Shown piece by piece: positions 56,959 to 64,000 of a stretch of DNA of 64,000 nt; the stretch's first letter is position 1, and each line of letters opens with the position of its first letter. Position numbers and translations under genes: made by a program. Location: contig CALKOM010000117.1 in the NCBI GenBank assembly GCA_938091905.1, positions 11,844-75,843 of the forward strand, read 5' to 3'. Origin of the DNA: an uncultured Verrucomicrobiales bacterium (GTDB lineage: Bacteria; Verrucomicrobiota; Verrucomicrobiia; Verrucomicrobiales; DEV007). Below the pieces are notes generated by a model. The model had not been told where the DNA came from. It saw nothing but the letters and a program-made list of their open reading frames with translations, and made no database searches.

Positions 56959-59157
56959 ATGGCCACCGAGAAGAACGTCCTCTTCATCTGCACCGGAAAC
57001 GTGTGCCGCAGTCCCATGGCCGAGGCCCTCTTCACCAACCTTGTCAAGGACCGGGACGACTTCACGGTCGCCTCCGCAGGAGTCAGCGCCATGCCCGGCC
57101 AAGCGGCGAGTGACCACACAGCGCAGATTCTCCACGACAAGGGAATTGACTGTTCAAACTTCCACAGTCAGCCGATCAGCAGAGAACTGGTGCGCCAAGC
57201 TACCCATATCTTCTCCATGACGGGCGGGCACCAAAACGAGCTGGAAAGGTCTTTCCCCGAAGCTGAAAGCAAGAGTTACCTCGTGTGTGACTTCTGCGAG
57301 ATCAACGGCATGATCGGGATCGACATTCCTGATCCCATAGGCATGGGCATGAATGCCTACCAAACGACGTGCCGCGTGCTCGATCTCGCCCTGCCCACGC
57401 TACTCGCCTACATCGATCAGACGACCAAAGATTTCTCTCATCAACACATGACGGACTCCAACACCACTAACGCAACCACCACTCAAAAGATTGTTCTTGC
57501 TGCTGACCATGGCGGCTTTGATCTCAAGCAAGCTCTCGTTGCCTATAGCAAAGAGCTAGGCTATGACATCACTGACCTCGGCTCGCATAGCAAGGAATCC
57601 GTCGACTACCCAGACTATGCACAGCAAGTCGCGGAGCGTGTTCAGACCGGCGATGCGGACGCAGGTATCCTCGTTTGCACCAGTGCAGTAGGAATGAGCA
57701 TAGCTGCAAACCGATTCCCTGGCATCCAAGCCGCGGTCGTCTTCGAACCAGAGGACGCCGCCCTCACCCGTGAACACAATGATTGCAATGTCCTTTGCTT
57801 AAGCGGCGACAAAACGGACGAAGCCACCGCCAAGAAGATTCTCGACTCCTACTTGGGAGCGTCGTTTGCGGGAGATCGCCACCAGCGCCGTGTTAATAAG
57901 CTAAACACCGGATCAGAGACGACCGATGCTATCCTCGCGCGGGTTGATCCTGACATTGCCAAGGTCGTTCGCGACGAACGTCGTCGCCAGACAAACAACA
58001 TCGAGCTGATCGCCTCTGAAAACTTTGCTAGTGCTGCCGTGCGTGCTGTTCAGGGCTCTGTCCTGACCAACAAGTATGCAGAAGGCTATCCAGGGCGCCG
58101 CTGGTACGGCGGCTGTGAGCACGTCGATGATGCGGAGTCACTCGCCATCGCTCGTGCAAAGGAAATCTTCGGGGCTGAACACGCCAATGTGCAGCCTCAC
58201 AGTGGCGCACAGGCCAACACAGCGGTGTATTTCAGTGCCCTCAAGCCTGGCGACCGGATTCTCACCATGGACTTGTCCCACGGCGGTCACCTCACCCACG
58301 GACATAAGGCCAATTTCTCCGGCAAGCTCTACGACGTCGTTCACTACGGAGTTACGAAAGAGGAAGAGCACATTGACTACGATGCTTTGGAAAAACTCGC
58401 GGAAAAGTGTCAGCCCAAGATGATCACGGCAGGAGCCTCAGCCTACCCTCGCACGATCGATTTCGAGCGTATAGGCAAGATTGCCAAAGCCGTCGGCGCC
58501 TATCTCTTCGTCGACATGGCTCACATCGCTGGCCTTGTTGCCGGTAGAGTCCATCCATCTCCAATTGCCCACGCCGACTTCGTCACCACGACCACTCACA
58601 AGAGTCTACGCGGACCACGCGGTGGCTTGATCCTCTGTCAGGAGAAGTATGCCAAAAAGATCGACGCCTCTGTCTTCCCTGGGGTGCAAGGGGGACCACT
58701 CATGCACGTCATCGCAGCGAAAGCCGTGTGTTTCCACGAGGCCCTACAGCCTGGATTCAGCGACTATCAAAAACAGATCGTTACCAATGCCAAAGTGCTT
58801 GCAGCCAGGATCGCAAGCCACGGCTTCCGCATCGTGTCTGGAGGAACTGACAATCATCTCATGATGGTAGACCTTCGTCCGAAAGATCTAAATGGCAGCA
58901 TCGCTGAAGGCACCCTCGACAAGGCAGGCATCACAGTGAATAAGAACTCCATTCCGTTCGACACACTGTCTCCAATGAAAGGCGGCGGAATTCGCATCGG
59001 CACACCAGCGGTGACGACGCGAGGCATGAAGGAGCCCCAAATGGAGCAGATTGGTGATTGGATTGCCGAAGCACTTGAGCATCGCGACGATGAGGCGAAG
59101 CTCTCCGCCATCCGCGAGGAGGTTGCCCTTCTCAACACGGCCTACCCACTGCCATAG
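56959..59157 (+). CDS. glyA: Triple fusion: LMW protein phosphatase + ribose-5-phosphate isomerase B + serine hydroxymethyltransferase
   Basis: CTGNVCRS...[56 protein letters not shown], all in one uninterrupted 732-aa ORF. Confidence 0.93.
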   Translation: MATEKNVLFICTGNVCRSPMAEALFTNLVKDRDDFTVASAGVSAMPGQAASDHTAQILHDKGIDCSNFHSQPISRELVRQATHIFSMTGGHQNELERSFPEAESKSYLVCDFCEINGMIGIDIPDPIGMGMNAYQTTCRVLDLALPTLLAYIDQTTKDFSHQHMTDSNTTNATTTQKIVLAADHGGFDLKQALVAYSKELGYDITDLGSHSKESVDYPDYAQQVAERVQTGDADAGILVCTSAVGMSIAANRFPGIQAAVVFEPEDAALTREHNDCNVLCLSGDKTDEATAKKILDSYLGASFAGDRHQRRVNKLNTGSETTDAILARVDPDIAKVVRDERRRQTNNIELIASENFASAAVRAVQGSVLTNKYAEGYPGRRWYGGCEHVDDAESLAIARAKEIFGAEHANVQPHSGAQANTAVYFSALKPGDRILTMDLSHGGHLTHGHKANFSGKLYDVVHYGVTKEEEHIDYDALEKLAEKCQPKMITAGASAYPRTIDFERIGKIAKAVGAYLFVDMAHIAGLVAGRVHPSPIAHADFVTTTTHKSLRGPRGGLILCQEKYAKKIDASVFPGVQGGPLMHVIAAKAVCFHEALQPGFSDYQKQIVTNAKVLAARIASHGFRIVSGGTDNHLMMVDLRPKDLNGSIAEGTLDKAGITVNKNSIPFDTLSPMKGGGIRIGTPAVTTRGMKEPQMEQIGDWIAEALEHRDDEAKLSAIREEVALLNTAYPLP

Positions 59158-59195
59158 CCAGTAGAGGGTACGTTTCGTGCTTCTGATCTAACCCC

Positions 59196-60740
59196 ATGTC
59201 TGAAGACTTGCTAGTCAATCCCTTTCGGGAATCCTTCTCGAGCCGACAAAGCCCAGAGCCCTGTGTCATTGTCATTTTTGGTGCCACCGGTGATCTGACG
59301 CATCGTAAGCTGATTCCGGCAATCTATAATCTTTCAGTCGACGGTGACCTCCCCTCACCCGTCAAGGTTGTCGGCTTTGCTAGACGCGATAAAACTGATG
59401 ACGAGTTTCGTAAAGATCTGGAGAAATTGAACCGCAAGGTGTCGCGCCAAGGGCACGACGACACACTCTGGCCGACCTTCAGCCAATCGGTTACCTATCA
59501 TCGTGGCGAATTCCAAGATTTAGAGGACTACAAATCTCTCGCTCGCCGACTCGATGAGATAGCGGATGAGAATCAGGCGCTCAGCAACCGCCTCTTCTAC
59601 GTGGCCTCAGCGCCCGAGTACTTCGATGAAATCCTAGTGGGTTTGAAAGAGTCAGGACTGAACGTGCCTCGGAAGGGTCACTGGTCACGAGTCGTGGTAG
59701 AAAAACCCTTCGGTACTGATCTCTCTTCGGCGGAACATCTCAATAGGATGGTGGGCGAGACCTTTGCAGAAAAGGACACCTTCCGGATCGATCACTACCT
59801 GGGCAAAGAGACGGCGCAAAACCTCATGGTCCTGCGCTTTGCCAACACCATCTTCGAGCCCCTCTGGAATCATCAACATGTCGATTCCGTGCAAATCACT
59901 TGTTCGGAACACCTCGGGATGGAAGGTGGACGCGGCGGCTACTACGACAAGGCCGGCGCCCTTCGCGACATGGTGCAGAACCACCTGCTCCAGCTTCTCA
60001 GCCTCGTGGCCATGGAGCCGCCAACCGATCTCTCCGCCGACGGAGTGCGCGATGAGAAAGTGAAAGTCATTCGCTCACTCCGTCCCCTCAAAGACGCCAA
60101 AGCCGTCGCCGAGAACGTTATTCGTGCTCAGTACACAGCGGGAAGCATCGATGGTAAGGAAGTGCTAGCTTATCGCGAAGAAGACCGCGTTGACGCCAAC
60201 AGCCAAACCGAGACCTACGTTTCTCTCCGTGTGCATATCGACAACTGGCGTTGGTCTGGCGTGCCCTTTTACATCCGTATGGGCAAACGTCTTCCGAAGA
60301 AGGCAACGGAAATTTCTATTCACTTCAAGAAGCCACCTTGCGTGTTGTTCAATCGCCAAGCTGGCTCTGACAACCAAAATGTGTTAGTCATCCGAATACA
60401 GCCCGACGAAGGTCACTCCCTGCGTATCACGTCGAAGGTTCCTGGTTCTGCTCTGCGCATGGAACACGTGAAGATGGATTTCCGTTACAGCACGTCCTTC
60501 GGAAAAGCTAGTCCCGAGGCCTATGAACGCCTCCTGCTAGATGCCATGTCAGGCGATGCGACGCTCTTTGCGCGACGGGACGAAGTAGAGGAGGCTTGGC
60601 GCTTCATTGACGCGGTCGAGCATGCCTGGCACCAATCAGCGACGCCGCTGCCGATGGCAGAATATCCTGCCGGACATTGGGGACCTGACGAGGCCGACGA
60701 GATGATGCGGACCGACAAGCGTCTATGGCGCCGCTTGTAG
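59196..60740 (+). CDS. zwf: Glucose-6-phosphate 1-dehydrogenase
   Basis: GATGDL, EKPFG, RIDHYLGKE, RDMVQNH, NWRWSGVPF, AYERLL. Confidence 0.97.
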   Translation: MSEDLLVNPFRESFSSRQSPEPCVIVIFGATGDLTHRKLIPAIYNLSVDGDLPSPVKVVGFARRDKTDDEFRKDLEKLNRKVSRQGHDDTLWPTFSQSVTYHRGEFQDLEDYKSLARRLDEIADENQALSNRLFYVASAPEYFDEILVGLKESGLNVPRKGHWSRVVVEKPFGTDLSSAEHLNRMVGETFAEKDTFRIDHYLGKETAQNLMVLRFANTIFEPLWNHQHVDSVQITCSEHLGMEGGRGGYYDKAGALRDMVQNHLLQLLSLVAMEPPTDLSADGVRDEKVKVIRSLRPLKDAKAVAENVIRAQYTAGSIDGKEVLAYREEDRVDANSQTETYVSLRVHIDNWRWSGVPFYIRMGKRLPKKATEISIHFKKPPCVLFNRQAGSDNQNVLVIRIQPDEGHSLRITSKVPGSALRMEHVKMDFRYSTSFGKASPEAYERLLLDAMSGDATLFARRDEVEEAWRFIDAVEHAWHQSATPLPMAEYPAGHWGPDEADEMMRTDKRLWRRL

Positions 60741-60745
60741 ATTTC

Positions 60746-63700
60746 TTAAGGTACGAGCACAACTCGATAATAACCACTCGCCACCTGGGTCCGCGCTGCG
60801 TTGGCATCCTCCAGAACGGCGTCGTTAACCTGAACGGAGAATCTGGTGTCCTCGATCGTTTCCCAATTCTTTAGATCGTTGGAGAATTCGACCAAATAGC
60901 CAACGTCTTGAGCAGCAAGCCAGCGCACAAACAGGTTTCCCGAACCACTTCGTGAAACCTGCACTTGAGCAAAGCGTTCACGAGGTGCTTCGACCACCGG
61001 CGCACCGCTCGACAGTGGCAGCCCAGGCATGTCTCGCAGCATCACCACCTCGTCCGTGACCAATCCGCGATCGTACAGCTGAATGTCATCTAGCCGTCCA
61101 CTAAAAGGAAGCGAGCCAAAGCCCCCAAAGAACCAAGCATTAGTCACATCTAAGTTCACCTGCTCAGGTTCGCTTATCTCAACAACAGCCAAGCCATCGA
61201 CGTAGATGGCTGCTCGCTCATTGCTATAGACCGCGGCCACGTGATGTGTTTGCCCAGCGATGAGAGCGGTGCCCGTCTCTGACCGAATGGCGGCATCGCC
61301 GGCAACGAACCAGGCAAGATCGCCTCCCAGAGTGATCAACGCGATGTTCGGTGAAGGCGGATCGCCCTTGGCGAAGAGCGTCTGGGCGGCCGCTCCTACA
61401 GCATCTACATTGACCCAAAGAGACACTGAAAGCGCATCAAGCTCAGTGACCGATTCGTCAGCGATCCGGATGGATCCATTTCCGCTAATTGCGGCAGCGG
61501 AGCCACTGACCAGGCCTTCAACGCCAAGGGAAACAGCCCCTTCAGCGACTTCCACACTAGCACTAAGCGTATTCTTGGAAATGCCGACCAAAGTTGTCGC
61601 ATCTAAAGGTTCATCGAGTGAAAAGTGGGCCACTGGCCCCGCCAGATCCACCCCCACAGCGGTCAGTTCAATTTGCGTCGTAGGGACATCGGGATCGTCC
61701 GAAGCCACCGCGAGAGTAGCTTCGAAAGGCCCGCTGCGAAGCTCAGCATCAAAGAGCAAATCAATAAACCCTTCTTCCCCAGGTAAGATACTTTGCGGAA
61801 AGGAAGTCACCGTAAAGTGGCTCTCATCCTGACCACTCACACTGACATTCGAGAGATTCAGCGATTGAGACGCTCCTGTGTTCAAAACTCGAACAGATAC
61901 CGACTGAGCCGGCGCCACCGCAAGAAGTCCCAAATTGACCCGAGGAGAAGCGATAATATTTGGATCAGAAGGCTTGCCAGCCGATCCCACGACGAAGTCG
62001 TCTAAAAAGAAGCCAGAAGAGACGCCCGTCCCTCCACCATTCACTCGAATCTCGACCGATGTCAGGGTCGAAGCAGCATTCCTATAGGGAAGAACGCTTG
62101 TCCGATACCCACGACCCGGCTTTCGAAAATCAATAACATATCCTTCTGCTAGCAGAAACACCTTAACGGCTGCTACCCCGTTTAAACCAGGGTTTGCACC
62201 AACATTGGGTAAGTCATCAGAAAGATCTGCGCCCGACACCACGTCAAAGTCGAATATCGGATCGACGAGTTCACCATCTACATCCGGCCCGCGAAAGCCT
62301 AGCCGCTGCCCGTCGGGCGGATCTGACTTTGCGGAGACCACGACCTCAAAAACCTCGGCCCCTGTGTCGTCTATCCCCACAAAGGACACATCTTTAGGGT
62401 GATCACCCGTTCTCCGCGTCGCATACTCAAAGGACATCGTCGCACCTGCCAATGGTACTGGAGAAACCAGCTCAGCCGTAAGCACATGAGGAGCGAGCGG
62501 GCGGTCGACCAAGATGAACGTGTCACCCGCGATGTCGAACTCGGATATGGTCTCGCCGTCTAACAAACCTCCTGTAAAATCAGCCTCCGGCACTTCTCCC
62601 GAGAAACTACCTAACTGATCGATAGCCCCGTTCAAGTTTCGAGCATCGAGACCAACCCTTGGCAACCCTGCTTCATATTCAAATCCAGATTGAAAGACCA
62701 CTGCAGTTCCACCGCCTTCCACAGGGCTATCAATGTCGTTTGGACCCGAGCCCAACAAGAGCTCAAACCCATCGTCGAGCGAATCCCCATCCGAATCGCT
62801 TTCGGTTGGATTCGTCCCACGAGCCTTCTCCTCATTGTCCGTTAGGCTATCACCATCCGTGTCGGCCAGCGCAGGATCTGTTGCCGGATTACCATTCACC
62901 TCCTCGCCATCCTCCAGCGTATCGCCATCGGTGTCTGCCGCACCTGGATTGGCTCCATTGGCAAATTCTTCTTCATCGGTAAGCCCATCCATATCCAAAT
63001 CAGCGTCGCGATCCGTCGGATCCGAACCAAACGCCACCTCCTCGCCATCCTCAAAACCGTCACCATCCGTATCGACTTCTAAAGGGCTCGTTTGCAGCTC
63101 GTTCACCTCCTGTCCATCGCCCAATCCATCACCATCAGTATCTATTAAGCCAGGGTTAGTACCCAGCTCAATTTCCGTGGCATCCGTGAGTCCATCTTCA
63201 TCAGTATCTCCTCCTGCAGGCACCGTGGCAGTTACCTCGATCATAGCGGACTGGTCCTGAGCATCAGGATCGTTCGTCGCCAGAACGAGCATGGCACTAA
63301 ACTCACCCACACCGCCCTTGCGATCAAACGTCACGGTGAGTTCACCGACTTCACCCGGAGCAAGCGAATCTGGAAAGTCAGTGATGGCAAAGTTGTCAGG
63401 ATTAGCTCCTGATGTCGACACCCCCGAAATCGTGAGGATATTTGAATCGCCTTCGTTCGAAATCGCCAATATCCGCTCAAAGACTTCATCTGACTGTGGA
63501 ATGCGCCCAAAGCCCAACGTGCGCTCCACAAAGACCCCAGGATCCGACACCCCCGTGCTATGTGAAATGGTCACATCATCTAACCACAATCCAGACGAAA
63601 CACCCGTGCCGCCACCATTCGCACGAAACTCCATCGTCGCCACCCCTGTTGCTTCCAAATCATTGTATGGCAGAAGCTCAGTCTTGTAGAGAAAGTTATC

Positions 63701-64000
63701 TAACCCCTTACTCACTGTCATGACGTAGCCATCGGCTCGCAAATCGAGAACAACCGTCCCCACGTTGTTCGTATTCCCTGTTGAGTTGTTGAATGGGAAA
63801 TCACCATCGTTGTCTTCCCCATCGGCCGTATCCATATCCCAAACGAGTTCGCCACCATTGACTTCGATCCCTAGGCGTAGCATTTCACCAGCCATCGAAC
63901 TGTTTGCACCTGCAACCACATGAAAGGACTCCCGCCCCTCGGCATCCAGGCCCACAAAATGCGTATTCTTTGCATGCCCACCCACGCGCTTAGTCGAGAA
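60746..64000 (-). CDS. Large surface/secreted protein (5' end outside the window): Ig-like domains, thrombospondin-type-3-like Ca-binding repeats, LamG domain
   Basis: Frame open to the window edge; DTDGDGLxDGxE repeats, ISNEG/VLNTG Ig-like modules, HHVAAVY...IYVDG...GRLDDIQLYDRGL (LamG), C-terminal YYRV. Confidence 0.88.
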   Translation of the reverse strand, partial: FSTKRVGGHAKNTHFVGLDAEGRESFHVVAGANSSMAGEMLRLGIEVNGGELVWDMDTADGEDNDGDFPFNNSTGNTNNVGTVVLDLRADGYVMTVSKGLDNFLYKTELLPYNDLEATGVATMEFRANGGGTGVSSGLWLDDVTISHSTGVSDPGVFVERTLGFGRIPQSDEVFERILAISNEGDSNILTISGVSTSGANPDNFAITDFPDSLAPGEVGELTVTFDRKGGVGEFSAMLVLATNDPDAQDQSAMIEVTATVPAGGDTDEDGLTDATEIELGTNPGLIDTDGDGLGDGQEVNELQTSPLEVDTDGDGFEDGEEVAFGSDPTDRDADLDMDGLTDEEEFANGANPGAADTDGDTLEDGEEVNGNPATDPALADTDGDSLTDNEEKARGTNPTESDSDGDSLDDGFELLLGSGPNDIDSPVEGGGTAVVFQSGFEYEAGLPRVGLDARNLNGAIDQLGSFSGEVPEADFTGGLLDGETISEFDIAGDTFILVDRPLAPHVLTAELVSPVPLAGATMSFEYATRRTGDHPKDVSFVGIDDTGAEVFEVVVSAKSDPPDGQRLGFRGPDVDGELVDPIFDFDVVSGADLSDDLPNVGANPGLNGVAAVKVFLLAEGYVIDFRKPGRGYRTSVLPYRNAASTLTSVEIRVNGGGTGVSSGFFLDDFVVGSAGKPSDPNIIASPRVNLGLLAVAPAQSVSVRVLNTGASQSLNLSNVSVSGQDESHFTVTSFPQSILPGEEGFIDLLFDAELRSGPFEATLAVASDDPDVPTTQIELTAVGVDLAGPVAHFSLDEPLDATTLVGISKNTLSASVEVAEGAVSLGVEGLVSGSAAAISGNGSIRIADESVTELDALSVSLWVNVDAVGAAAQTLFAKGDPPSPNIALITLGGDLAWFVAGDAAIRSETGTALIAGQTHHVAAVYSNERAAIYVDGLAVVEISEPEQVNLDVTNAWFFGGFGSLPFSGRLDDIQLYDRGLVTDEVVMLRDMPGLPLSSGAPVVEAPRERFAQVQVSRSGSGNLFVRWLAAQDVGYLVEFSNDLKNWETIEDTRFSVQVNDAVLEDANAARTQVASGYYRVVLVP
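62730..63210 (-). repeat. Coding TSP3-like DxDGDG repeats
   Basis: About 7 imperfect repeats of D[TS]DGD[GS]LxDxxE...G[TS][ND]P. Confidence 0.8.

Overview
A 64 kb, gene-dense bacterial chromosome segment. The lineage is inferred to be PVC superphylum, most likely Verrucomicrobiota, from two DUF1501 + DUF1549/DUF1553 modules, planctomycete-type cytochrome c domains, BamB-like propellers and [FY]YRV-ending surface proteins. Main contents: a CzcCBA-type heavy-metal efflux operon flanked by two His-rich genes; many exported hydrolases and hypothetical proteins; ilvD, manC, fxsA, miaA-rsmI-lptE-bamD and zwf; a TIM-barrel/MgsA-like fusion; a three-enzyme LMW-phosphatase/RpiB/GlyA fusion; a TonB-dependent receptor; and the 3' part of a large surface protein. 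The most notable feature is at about 48.3-52.4 kb: two divergent genes that the ORF track splits at in-frame TGA codons. Both TGAs fall at the first position of a U-x-x-C redox motif and are followed by SECIS-like hairpins with near-identical 5-nt loops (CGUGU and CGGGU). They are most simply read as two exported selenoproteins (DUF3179, and a thioredoxin-like/TPR/DsbD-N-like protein), next to an NsrR-like regulator whose predicted operator covers its own promoter. Also seen: REP-like palindromic repeats, a possible metal-sensing leader ORF with hairpins upstream of the efflux operon, and about five decaying genes. I found no rRNA, tRNA, CRISPR array or intact transposase. All family calls come from motif recognition by eye, not database searches.
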